A stretch of 64,000 bases of DNA from an archaeon (GTDB taxonomy: Archaea; Nanobdellota; Nanobdellia; Pacearchaeales; DTIR01). Position numbers and translations under genes: made by a program. The DNA is taken from NCBI GenBank assembly GCA_043799715.1, contig JAZDNM010000003.1, forward strand, positions 156,903-220,902, read 5' to 3'. Every line of letters starts with the position of its first letter. Within the stretch, counting starts at the first letter, position 1. Under the pieces are notes generated by a model. That model worked only from the letters and a program-made list of their open reading frames with translations. It did no database searches and was not told the origin of the DNA. Below, one piece after another: positions 18,019-26,157 of the stretch.

Positions 18019-18795
18019 TCAGCTTTTGAACGCATTAAAAAAATTATTGAAGAAATTGCTGTTTGGCATTCTTTTGCCGAATATGTGGGCAGAGAGTTTT
18101 TTGTATGACATACTTGCTTCTGATTTTGGTTTGTATATTACCGCAGGCATTCTTGCCGCAGCCGCCTCGGAAATCGCAGAATCTTCAGGAATAACTGAAA
18201 CAATAGGAAGCCCGAGAACCCTTTCTATCTCTCTTTTTGTCACCTCATATTTCTTATGCCTTACCTTGTTGACTATAATCCCTTCAACAGGCACATTCAT
18301 CTTTTTTGCCAGTTCGATTGTTTTTATTGCAGTGCCGATTGTGGGAAAATCAGGAGTCACGATGAGGAACAGGGCATCAGCAGCCTTAAGGCTTATTTTT
18401 GCGTCTTCTCCTACGCCCGGAGCTGAGTCAAGCAGTATCATATCATAATTGTTCAGGGATTTAAGCTTCTTCTTAAGGGAAATAGGATTGACTTTTCTTG
18501 GGTCATCAACAAGAGAAGAAGGAATGACATGCAATCCAGTCTTGTGCTTGTGCACTGAATGGAGAATAGACAAAGGGTCCTTTATAATATTGTAAAGGCT
18601 TATTGGATGGTATGTAAGCCCAAGATTAAGCCCCAAGTTCCCTGAATTGAGGTTTGTATCCAGAATCAAAACACTTTTCTTGAACATGCTTGCAGCAGCA
18701 GCGCCGATATTGATTACAGCAGTTGTTTTGCCAACGCCGCCTTTTGCAGAAACAATTCCCACTACTTTCCTGCCATTGCTTATGAGCCCTTCCAT
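18019..18795 (-). CDS. minD: MinD/ParA-family P-loop ATPase
   Basis: Deviant Walker A SAKGGVGKTT and Walker B ILLDSAPG. 258 aa. Confidence 0.8.
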   Translation of the reverse strand: MEGLISNGRKVVGIVSAKGGVGKTTAVINIGAAAASMFKKSVLILDTNLNSGNLGLNLGLTYHPISLYNIIKDPLSILHSVHKHKTGLHVIPSSLVDDPRKVNPISLKKKLKSLNNYDMILLDSAPGVGEDAKISLKAADALFLIVTPDFPTIGTAIKTIELAKKMNVPVEGIIVNKVRHKKYEVTKREIERVLGLPIVSVIPEDSAISEAAAARMPAVIYKPKSEASMSYKKLSAHIFGKRMPNSNFFNNFFNAFKS

Positions 18796-18898
18796 ATTTT
18801 TACCGCCTTTTTTTCGGATAGATGAGATGTTCGAGGCGGTTTATAAATATTTCCAAAATATTCGAAAGATTTATAAATCAATATGAACAAGATTTCAT

Positions 18899-19201
18899 AT
18901 GAAAAGTTCTGCATATTACCCCTTTTTCAGGAAATTGGCTAATCCGCTAAGGATATCAATAATCACATCTCTCGCTAAAAAAGAAGAAACAGTGAGCCAG
19001 CTGAGCAGGGAGATTGGGGTTGAGCAAAGCAAGTTATCCCATGCTTTGCATGAATTGTCTGGATGCTCTATAGTCAAAGCAAGAAAAGAGGGAAAGAAAA
19101 GAATCTATTCAGTTAGCAGGACAATATTGCCCATTTTGAATTTGATTAATGTGCACAGCCAAAAATGCTGCAAGTACTGCGCTTATGGGGGGAAAAAATG
19201 A
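18899..19201 (+). CDS. ArsR/SmtB-family HTH regulator with C-terminal Cys cluster
   Basis: PLRISIITSLAKKEETVSQLSREIGVEQSKLSHALHEL HTH. C-terminal CCKYC. Stop overlaps the iscS start (ATGA). Confidence 0.7.
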   Translation: MKSSAYYPFFRKLANPLRISIITSLAKKEETVSQLSREIGVEQSKLSHALHELSGCSIVKARKEGKKRIYSVSRTILPILNLINVHSQKCCKYCAYGGKK

Positions 19202-20361
19202 ATCAAACAAATAGGATTTATATGGATAATGCAGCAACAACGCCTGTTGCAAAGGAAGTTGCAGATGCAATGCTGCCATTTTTCTCAGAGCATTTCGGGA
19301 ATGCGTCAAGCATCCACAAGGAAGGGCAGGATGCAAGAAGGGCAATCGAGGATAACAGGAGAAAAATCGCAAAGTTTCTCAATGCAAATGAGGAGGAGAT
19401 AATATTCACAGGCTCTGGCAGCGAGAGCAACAATACAGCAATCAAAGGGCTTGCCTTGTCACAGCTTGGCAGGCAGAAAAAGCATATCATAACAAGCAAA
19501 ATCGAGCATCACGCAGTTCTTGAGCCATGCGAATTTCTCAAGAAGCAGGGCTTTAAGGTTACTTATCTTGATGTTGACAGTTCTGGACTGATTAACTTGA
19601 AAGATTTAGAAAAGGCAATAACACCTTCAACTTTGCTTGTTTCAATAATGCATGCTAATAATGAAATTGGAACAGTACAGGACATTGCTGCAATAGGAAA
19701 AATATGCAAAAACAAGGGGACCTTATTTCATACTGATGCTGTCCAGACATTAGGAAAGATTCCAATTGATGTAAAAAAGATGAATATTGACTTCCTGTCT
19801 GCTTCAGCGCACAAGATTTATGGTCCAAAGGGAGTGGGATTGCTTTATATCAGGAAGGGCATTAAAATTGAACCATTGCTGCACGGTGGAGGGCAGGAGT
19901 TTGGATTAAGAAGCTCAACAGAAAATGTTTCAGGCATAGCTGGCTTTGGGAAAGCAGTTGAATTATGCAGGAAAAACATGAAATCTGATGCAGGCAGGAT
20001 TGGAAAATTAAGGGATATGCTGATGAAAGAAATTCTAAAAATTCCCAATACAAGATTGAATGGGCATGCGAAACAAAGACTCTATAACAACACAAACTTT
20101 TCATTCCACGGAATAGAAGGCGAGTCACTTGTTATGCATCTTGATATGCAGGGCATAGCAGCATCAACTGGCAGCGCATGCTCGACAAAATCATTAAAGC
20201 CAAGCCATGTCCTTACTGCTATTGGCTTGGACCATGTCACTGCTCATGGCTCATTGAGATTAAGCATAGGAAGAAATGCAGCAGAAAAAGATATAATCTA
20301 CACAGTCCAATCTGTCAGGGAGATTGTTGAAAATTTAAGAAAGATAAGTCCTATAAATTGA
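19198..20361 (+). CDS. iscS: Cysteine desulfurase (NifS/IscS class)
   Basis: IYMDNAATTP N-terminus, PLP-Lys motif SASAHKIYGPKG, active-site loop STGSACS. Start moved from 19165 to ATG 19198, which overlaps the arsR stop. Confidence 0.9.
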   Translation: MNQTNRIYMDNAATTPVAKEVADAMLPFFSEHFGNASSIHKEGQDARRAIEDNRRKIAKFLNANEEEIIFTGSGSESNNTAIKGLALSQLGRQKKHIITSKIEHHAVLEPCEFLKKQGFKVTYLDVDSSGLINLKDLEKAITPSTLLVSIMHANNEIGTVQDIAAIGKICKNKGTLFHTDAVQTLGKIPIDVKKMNIDFLSASAHKIYGPKGVGLLYIRKGIKIEPLLHGGGQEFGLRSSTENVSGIAGFGKAVELCRKNMKSDAGRIGKLRDMLMKEILKIPNTRLNGHAKQRLYNNTNFSFHGIEGESLVMHLDMQGIAASTGSACSTKSLKPSHVLTAIGLDHVTAHGSLRLSIGRNAAEKDIIYTVQSVREIVENLRKISPIN

Positions 20362-20377
20362 TTGTCAAGGAGATAAA

Positions 20378-20614
20378 ATGAAAGCAAAATTAGGAACAAA
20401 AAAAGAAAGCGGAAAGATAACAGGCAATATGAGCTTTGCAGAAGTCATGCAAAAATATCCCGAAACAGCAGGGGTATTTATGAAACAGGGGATGTCCTGC
20501 TTTGGCTGCCCGATGGCTATGCAGGAGAGAATAGAGGAGGGTATTGCAGCCCATGGCAAGGATTCCAAAAAGATAATAGAAGAACTCAACAAAGCTGTAC
20601 AAAATAAAAAATGA
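20378..20614 (+). CDS. DUF1858 / hybrid-cluster-protein-associated redox disulfide protein
   Basis: MSFAEVMQKYPETAGVFMKQGMSCFGCPMAMQERIEEG matches the family signature (YPET..F...GM.C.GCP) as I recall it. Confidence 0.75.
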   Translation: MKAKLGTKKESGKITGNMSFAEVMQKYPETAGVFMKQGMSCFGCPMAMQERIEEGIAAHGKDSKKIIEELNKAVQNKK

Positions 20615-21213
20615 AAAATACCAAGAACATGGAAGAGAAGCTTATACAGATAGCAATAAAGCTCGCGAGAAGGGGAGAAGGCGGCTTGTTCATAGTTATT
20701 ACCGGAAAGAAGCCTGAATTCAGGAAGCTTGTAAAGCAGAATATCAAGCCTTTCAATATTCTTGAAGGCAAGAATGACAAATTGATTGAAAGCCTGGCAA
20801 CAATTGACGGGGCAGTTGTTGTAAACAAAGAGGGGAAAATGATTGCGTATGGAACCATGGTAAAGAGCAATATCCCTTTCAGGGGCTTCGGGACAAGGCA
20901 CGCCGCTGCATTAAGCGCTTCAAGGAATGGAAATATTTCAATTCTCAGTTCTGAAGAGGAGAGAAAAGTCAAGGTTTTCAGGAATGGAAGATACATAATG
21001 CAGCTTGATGCGCTTGAAAAAGGAATTGAAAAGAATGTTCCAAGGATAAGCACATTTTTTGAGAGTGTCGGAGCTGGTTTTCTTGGGACTCTGGGAGCAG
21101 CCACCTTGCTGCCTGGATTGGGCATAACAGTGATTCCGGGAGTTATAATATTTGGGAGTTCTTATTATGCAATCAAGTCCCTGATTGACAAATTAGGAGG
21201 CAAGAAAAAATAA
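20611..21213 (+). CDS. DisA_N/DAC-domain protein (putative diadenylate cyclase) with C-terminal membrane segment
   Basis: Aligns by eye to CdaA-type DAC: GGLFIVI, IDGAVVV (DGA motif), GFGTRHAAALSAS (RHR motif present as RHA), LSSEEERKVKVFRNG. C-terminal hydrophobic GAGFLGTLGAATLLPGLGITVIPGVIIFGSSYY. Start overlaps the upstream stop (ATGA). Confidence 0.7.
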   Translation: MKNTKNMEEKLIQIAIKLARRGEGGLFIVITGKKPEFRKLVKQNIKPFNILEGKNDKLIESLATIDGAVVVNKEGKMIAYGTMVKSNIPFRGFGTRHAAALSASRNGNISILSSEEERKVKVFRNGRYIMQLDALEKGIEKNVPRISTFFESVGAGFLGTLGAATLLPGLGITVIPGVIIFGSSYYAIKSLIDKLGGKKK

Positions 21214-21214
21214 G

Positions 21215-22804
21215 ATGACAAAAGAGAACATAAATTACAGCAAGAAGGTAATGCAGATGTTCATGAACCCGAAGAATGTAGGGGAAATAAAAAACGCTGA
21301 TGGCATTGGAAAGGTTGGAAATCCTGTATGCCTATTGCCGCAAGAGAAAATTCATTCCAATCCTGAATTGAAGAGCATTAATACTTTAAACAAAAAAGAT
21401 TTAGTTATGAGTCATCTAGGACACGATAAAATTATAGACATTTTTATTAGGAAATATAATGGGCGTGTAATAGAACTTAAAAATAAACTTGGGAGTATCA
21501 ATTTAACACCAGAGCATCTTGTCTTGGCTATTAAAATCCCCAGAGGTGATAGATTTAAGAGAAATAAAGGAAAAAAAACTCTAACTCCATCTTGGTATCA
21601 TGCTACAGATTTGAAAAAAAATGATATAGTGCTCTATCCTATTTTAAAAGAGGTCAAGGATATTGAATCTATCAAAATAGATATTTCAAGGGCGAAATAT
21701 GATTTTAGGAGTAAAAAAATTCCAAATAAAATTCCTATTAATGCTGATTTTCTGAGATTGGCAGGATATTATTTATCAGAAGGCGGTATATCCCTAAAAC
21801 CATGTAAAACATTTATTAACTTTACATTTAATATTAATGAAAAAGAATTCGTAGAGGATATCAGAAATATTAGCAGAAAAATATTTGATTTGGATATAAA
21901 AGTTAAGGAAATTCCTGAAAGGAAAACAATTCAGGTATTTATTTACAATGCTATTTTAGCAAGATTTTTTTATGATTTGTTTGGAAAAGGAGCAAAAAAT
22001 AAAAAGATTCCTAATTTTATGATATTTTTACCTGTTGAAAAGCAAAAAGAATTGCTTATTGGACTTTGGAGAGGGGATGGATATATCAATGTTAATAGGC
22101 CTGGTGCTAGAGCAGGTTTTGCTACTATTTCTTTTCAGTTGGCTCATCAAGTTAAACTAATATTATTAAGACAAAAAATAATTCCTTCAATATATACTGA
22201 TAAAGAACGGATAAGGGAAGGAGTTAAGCATGAAGAGAGTTACAGAATACATGTTGGACAGAGAGAATCTTTGAGAAAATTATGTTTTTTGTTTGGTTTA
22301 ACCTATATCCCAAAATCATACCCTTCTGTTGATAATTGGTTTGATAACAATTATTTGTATACCCCAATCACACAAATCAAAAATCGAAAGTTTTCTGGTG
22401 AGGTTTATAATTTAGAAATAGAAAAAGCACATTCCTTTACAACTGAAGGATTTTGCCTTCATAATTGCGGGGATTTGATGTTTATATATATAAAAGTTGG
22501 CAAGAAGAAAGGCAAAGAAGTTATTGACGATGTTAAGTTTAAGACATTCGGCTGCGCTGCAGCAATCGCAACTTCATCAATGATAACTGAACTTGCAAAA
22601 GGCAAAACTCTTGAAGAAGCAATGAAAATAACAAGAGGCAATGTTGCGGATTCGCTTGAAGGCCTGCCTCCAATAAAAATGCACTGCTCAAACCTTGCTG
22701 CAGATGCGCTGCATGAGGCAATAATTGATTATTACAAAAAGCAGGGAAGAAAAGATATGCTTGCCAGATATGCTTCACTTAAACCGCATGAGCACGAACA
22801 TTAA
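21215..22804 (+). CDS. iscU: IscU/NifU-type Fe-S scaffold interrupted by an intein (529-aa precursor, predicted 150-aa mature protein)
   Basis: N-extein YSKKVMQMFMNPKNVGEI..GKVGNPV. C-extein CGDLMFIYIKV..FKTFGCAAAIATSS..PIKMHCSNLAADALHEAI. The three cluster Cys and the invariant PxCGD are restored after removing residues 39-417. Confidence 0.9.
   Translation: MTKENINYSKKVMQMFMNPKNVGEIKNADGIGKVGNPVCLLPQEKIHSNPELKSINTLNKKDLVMSHLGHDKIIDIFIRKYNGRVIELKNKLGSINLTPEHLVLAIKIPRGDRFKRNKGKKTLTPSWYHATDLKKNDIVLYPILKEVKDIESIKIDISRAKYDFRSKKIPNKIPINADFLRLAGYYLSEGGISLKPCKTFINFTFNINEKEFVEDIRNISRKIFDLDIKVKEIPERKTIQVFIYNAILARFFYDLFGKGAKNKKIPNFMIFLPVEKQKELLIGLWRGDGYINVNRPGARAGFATISFQLAHQVKLILLRQKIIPSIYTDKERIREGVKHEESYRIHVGQRESLRKLCFLFGLTYIPKSYPSVDNWFDNNYLYTPITQIKNRKFSGEVYNLEIEKAHSFTTEGFCLHNCGDLMFIYIKVGKKKGKEVIDDVKFKTFGCAAAIATSSMITELAKGKTLEEAMKITRGNVADSLEGLPPIKMHCSNLAADALHEAIIDYYKKQGRKDMLARYASLKPHEHEH
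21329..22465 (+). mobile_element. Intein with LAGLIDADG homing-endonuclease domain (379 codons) inside iscU
   Basis: Cys1 (CLLPQEK), block B LTPEH, LAGLIDADG motifs LAGYYLSEGG and LLIGLWRGDGY, block F/G VYNLEIEKAHSF..GFCLHN, followed by +1 Cys of CGD. Confidence 0.85.
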
Positions 22805-22806
22805 AA

Positions 22807-23007
22807 ATGGACAGCCATAGGAGAACTTTGATGAAGAGCATAACATGGAGAGTTATCGCCCTGTTTGTCGCTTACTTTGTGGCTTATGCTTTTACAAGCA
22901 AGCCGCTTGAATCAGGGAGCATTGCAATAACCGTGAATCTGATAAACATGGTGGGCTATTATTTTCATGAAAGAGTCTGGAACAAAATAAATTATGGGAG
23001 GAAATAA
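22807..23007 (+). CDS. DUF2061-like small membrane protein
   Basis: KSITWRVIALFVAYFVAYAFT ... NMVGYYFHERVWNKI. 66 aa. Confidence 0.6.
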   Translation: MDSHRRTLMKSITWRVIALFVAYFVAYAFTSKPLESGSIAITVNLINMVGYYFHERVWNKINYGRK

Positions 23008-23008
23008 A

Positions 23009-23167
23009 ATGGAACTGGAATTGTGCAGCAGCGGATGCTGCCCCAAGGTGAGAACTGCAAAAGACAGCGTTGAGATAGGCGAGACTGGAAATCTCGTGAA
23101 GCTGAAAAAAGCAGAATGGAACACGCTTGTTGATGCTGTGCTCAAGGGTAATTTGGGGAAGATTTAA
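23009..23167 (+). CDS. Small Cys-containing protein, 52 aa (below the ORF-track cutoff)
   Basis: ATG at 23009 preceded by GGGAGG. Reads MELELCSSGCCPKVRTAKDSVEIGETGNLVKLKKAEWNTLVDAVLKGNLGKI. Starts 2 nt after the upstream stop. Confidence 0.45.
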   Translation: MELELCSSGCCPKVRTAKDSVEIGETGNLVKLKKAEWNTLVDAVLKGNLGKI

Positions 23168-23180
23168 ATCAAACTGAAAG

Positions 23181-23675
23181 ATGGAAAACAGGAAAGTTGG
23201 CTACTTGATAATCGGAATGGCTTTTGTAATAGGGGTAGTGGTATTCTTGTTCAATAATGCCCTAAAAACAATTGTGATGGCAACGTGCATTCACGGCACA
23301 ACATGCCCTATGTATGGGGACATCAAGACACAAACAATTATCAGCCTTGTGCTTATAGGGGCAATACTAATCATAGGGCTTGTGCTCATATTCAACAAAG
23401 AAAAGGAGAGGATAATAGTCAAAATCAAAAAGATAAAGAATGAATTCGCAGAAAAATTAAAGGAAGATAAAGAAAAAAATCTCAAATTTCTGAACAGGGA
23501 AGAAAAGGCTGTTTATGGTATCTTGATGAAAGAAGGCAGTATGTTCCAAGCGGATATTGTTGACAAGTCGGGATTCAGCAAGGTTAAGGTAACAAGAATC
23601 CTTGACAGGCTCGAAGGCAAGCAGCTTATCGAGAGAAAAAGAAGGGGAATGAGTAATATTGTGATTTTGAAATAG
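23181..23675 (+). CDS. Membrane-tethered winged-helix regulator (2 TM plus C-terminal wHTH)
   Basis: TM helices at the N-terminus, K/E linker, then EEKAVYGILMKEGSMFQADIVDKSGFSKVKVTRILDRLEGKQLIERKRRG. Confidence 0.65.
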   Translation: MENRKVGYLIIGMAFVIGVVVFLFNNALKTIVMATCIHGTTCPMYGDIKTQTIISLVLIGAILIIGLVLIFNKEKERIIVKIKKIKNEFAEKLKEDKEKNLKFLNREEKAVYGILMKEGSMFQADIVDKSGFSKVKVTRILDRLEGKQLIERKRRGMSNIVILK

Positions 23676-23766
23676 GCATTTTTCTTTACTGAAACCAGTT
23701 CCATACAATCGCTTAATAGCTCTTTTTTTATTAGTTTGCTATGAAAAATATGATAGGAGGTGTAAA

Positions 23767-23964
23767 ATGAATGCATGGATAATTGCGGCGGTTCTTATTG
23801 GGCTGCTTGTTATTGCGGGAGTATCCTTTGCTGGAATCAGTGCAGCACAGGAATCAAAGCAGATAAGCTGCAAGAGCTGCGGAGGCAAGTGCACAGCAGA
23901 AAGAAACTGCGGTTTGGAAAGCTGTGCGGCAACTGCAGGCAAGGGCTGTAATTGCGGAAGATAA
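23767..23964 (+). CDS. Small exported/anchored Cys-rich peptide (65 aa, 7 Cys in the last 31 residues)
   Basis: GGAGGTGTAAAATG SD-start. N-terminal hydrophobic WIIAAVLIGLLVIAGVSFAGISAA. Tail CKSCGGKCTAERNCGLESCAATAGKGCNCGR. Followed by long T-runs. Confidence 0.6.
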   Translation: MNAWIIAAVLIGLLVIAGVSFAGISAAQESKQISCKSCGGKCTAERNCGLESCAATAGKGCNCGR

Positions 23965-23978
23965 TAGTATGCTAACTT

Positions 23979-24000
23979 GTTTTTCTTTTTTTCTTTTTTT
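23979..24000 (+). terminator. T-rich tract (archaeal oligo-T terminator candidate)
   Basis: tgtttttctttttttcttttttt, about 15 nt after the Cys-rich peptide stop. Confidence 0.5.
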
Positions 24001-24044
24001 CTAAAAACAAAGTTTTTTTAAAGCAGCATGCCCCCATTGAATAG

Positions 24045-24977
24045 ATGAGGCTGAAATATATTTTTTTATTCATTGTTCTGGCATTTTTTCTGCTTTTACT
24101 TGCATTCTTTATCAATGGCATTATTCCCCGCACTCAGCCCCCGGGGCTGAAGTTGAACATATCTGAAAATATTTCCCCTGATGTGAACGTATTTGTTCTT
24201 GACCAGTTCAGAAAAGGGATAACTTCCATTGAAACAAATGATGAGTTCTTTCCACAGCAAAAAGGATTAGCTGAAGGAACAGTTTATGGCTTTAGAGTAA
24301 TTGATGAGAAAGGAGAAGTAAGCATGCCGGTGTATGAAACATTCATTGCAAATTCGCCTGATTGGGAAGGATGGGAAACAGGAAAAAGGTATTATCATGG
24401 GCTTAGACCAAGCAATTATATAATTGAACTTTTAGTAATAAAAAATGGCATTGGGACTGTAACCGCAAGGACAAATCTGTCCTCATTCAGCTTATATGCG
24501 CAGCGCGCAGAGCTTGAAAAACTGATTCTTGATAATTGCAGCAGCTTAATGACTGAGCCTCTTGTTGACAGGGATGGCTGGTCCCGTGAAAGCAAAATTG
24601 CTACATGCGTTACAAAGATTGCAGTTGAACAGGGAAACATTGATGTTTGTAATCTATTGTTCAAGCTGTTTAATGCGACTAATACAGATGATTGTATCAG
24701 GGACTATGCAATTACCATGGGAGATACGTCTATATGCGACCTTACTGGCATGCCGAAGTCCAGGGGATTCTGCAAGGCAAAAATAACTCATGACTGGACA
24801 GAATGCAGAAAAATCTCGTGTGATATCTCGTGCGCCATGGAAGCGCTTGAGATACAGCAGGACTTATGCATCCAGTGGTATGCAATTGAGAATAGGAATG
24901 CCAGTCTTTGCAATGAGATAAAAAGCGAGGCGTATAACATGAAAGAAATCTGCCTGAAGATAACAGCAGAAAGTTGA
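24045..24977 (+). CDS. Hypothetical secreted protein with Cys-rich C-terminal repeats
   Basis: Signal/anchor IFLFIVLAFFLLLLAFFI. C-terminal half has repeated spaced Cys (IDVCNLL..DDCIRDYA..TSICDL..GFCKAKI..). Confidence 0.55.
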   Translation: MRLKYIFLFIVLAFFLLLLAFFINGIIPRTQPPGLKLNISENISPDVNVFVLDQFRKGITSIETNDEFFPQQKGLAEGTVYGFRVIDEKGEVSMPVYETFIANSPDWEGWETGKRYYHGLRPSNYIIELLVIKNGIGTVTARTNLSSFSLYAQRAELEKLILDNCSSLMTEPLVDRDGWSRESKIATCVTKIAVEQGNIDVCNLLFKLFNATNTDDCIRDYAITMGDTSICDLTGMPKSRGFCKAKITHDWTECRKISCDISCAMEALEIQQDLCIQWYAIENRNASLCNEIKSEAYNMKEICLKITAES

Positions 24978-25011
24978 AAAAGGAATTTAAAGAAATGGGG
25001 ATTCTTGGGGA

Positions 25012-26037
25012 TTATTTCCAAAAATTAAAGCCTTGCGGCGGGAACCTGTTCTCAACATCTACAGTAATGATATAAATGGGGCTTGATGTGGGGATGATAA
25101 TTTTTGCAGTTGTATGTGAAGGGACAATAATCTTGCTGTCATTTATTTCTGCGCCTTCCAAGGCAAGGCTGTTTAAATCAAGATCCTCCTTGTTCCCGAA
25201 TATTCTCAAGATGTTCATTGGCTTGTCATCGGAATTTGTTTCTTTTAATGTGTAAGTGAAATTATTGCCTGACATTTCAAGTAAAACCTCCTGCTTTGTC
25301 ATACTAGAATCATAAACAAAATAATTTCCGGGCCTTGCATCAATATTTTTCATGAATACGAAAGCAGAAAAGACAAGAACTATCGCAAAGAGGATTGAGA
25401 AGTTTGCCAATGCAGGATGATTCCTGAAAAATGGCGGCTTTGCCCTTGATGCTATGCCCTGCAAAAGCAGATAAGATGTTGAAATCAGCAAAAACATCAA
25501 AGATGGTCCGAATAGAAAAAATCCAATCAGACTCTGGTTTAAAGGCGGGGCGTAAAACAAAATCCCTTTAAATTCCCTAAAAAGACCCCAGCCAAACCCT
25601 GCAGCAAGAACAATAGCCAATATAAAACTAACAATCTCAAAGGATAGATGATGACTTTTTGATGCGATAAGATAAATTGAGACAACAACTGCCAGAATAA
25701 TTATCGGGAGAGTAATCAGATTTAACAGCAGGGGAATAGCGCTCAGGAAAAGTAATACTGCAATAAAAGAGCGGATGATTATATCTGAAATGGCTCTTGG
25801 CTCTATTTTTTTATCATTTGCATTAATAGCCCCGCCTACAAATTCTATGATGGTTTTTATTAATCCTATGATGAAAGTGAGGACACTGGCAAAAAAAATA
25901 ATGGAAGCAGCCGGCTGAACCTGTATCTTATTCATAAGAGCCTTGTTGCCCAGTGTGAAAAAGTCCAGCACGATTATGGAAACAGCTAAGAGCATCAGAT
26001 GATAACCCCTTTTGAATCTCATCCCTGTTAAAAACAA
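25012..26037 (-). CDS. Hypothetical polytopic membrane protein with C-terminal soluble domain
   Basis: About 7 hydrophobic helices across the first ~230 aa. No family motif recognised. Confidence 0.55.
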   Translation of the reverse strand: MFLTGMRFKRGYHLMLLAVSIIVLDFFTLGNKALMNKIQVQPAASIIFFASVLTFIIGLIKTIIEFVGGAINANDKKIEPRAISDIIIRSFIAVLLFLSAIPLLLNLITLPIIILAVVVSIYLIASKSHHLSFEIVSFILAIVLAAGFGWGLFREFKGILFYAPPLNQSLIGFFLFGPSLMFLLISTSYLLLQGIASRAKPPFFRNHPALANFSILFAIVLVFSAFVFMKNIDARPGNYFVYDSSMTKQEVLLEMSGNNFTYTLKETNSDDKPMNILRIFGNKEDLDLNSLALEGAEINDSKIIVPSHTTAKIIIPTSSPIYIITVDVENRFPPQGFNFWK

Positions 26038-26157
26038 GGGGGATATTTAAAAGTTGGGGGCGAGTGCCATCAGGCACGAGCTCTCTTTCATAATTGTCTA
26101 ACGCTGATAAGATTTAAAAATTATGATAATTATGTTAATATCTAAAGAGAGTGAAAA

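Noticed and set aside
20365-21125. Minus-strand ORFs of 178 and 179 aa overlapping the DUF1858 and DAC genes
   Set aside because: They are antisense to two ORFs with clear family signatures and tight operon packing. No motifs, and hydrophobic low-complexity products.
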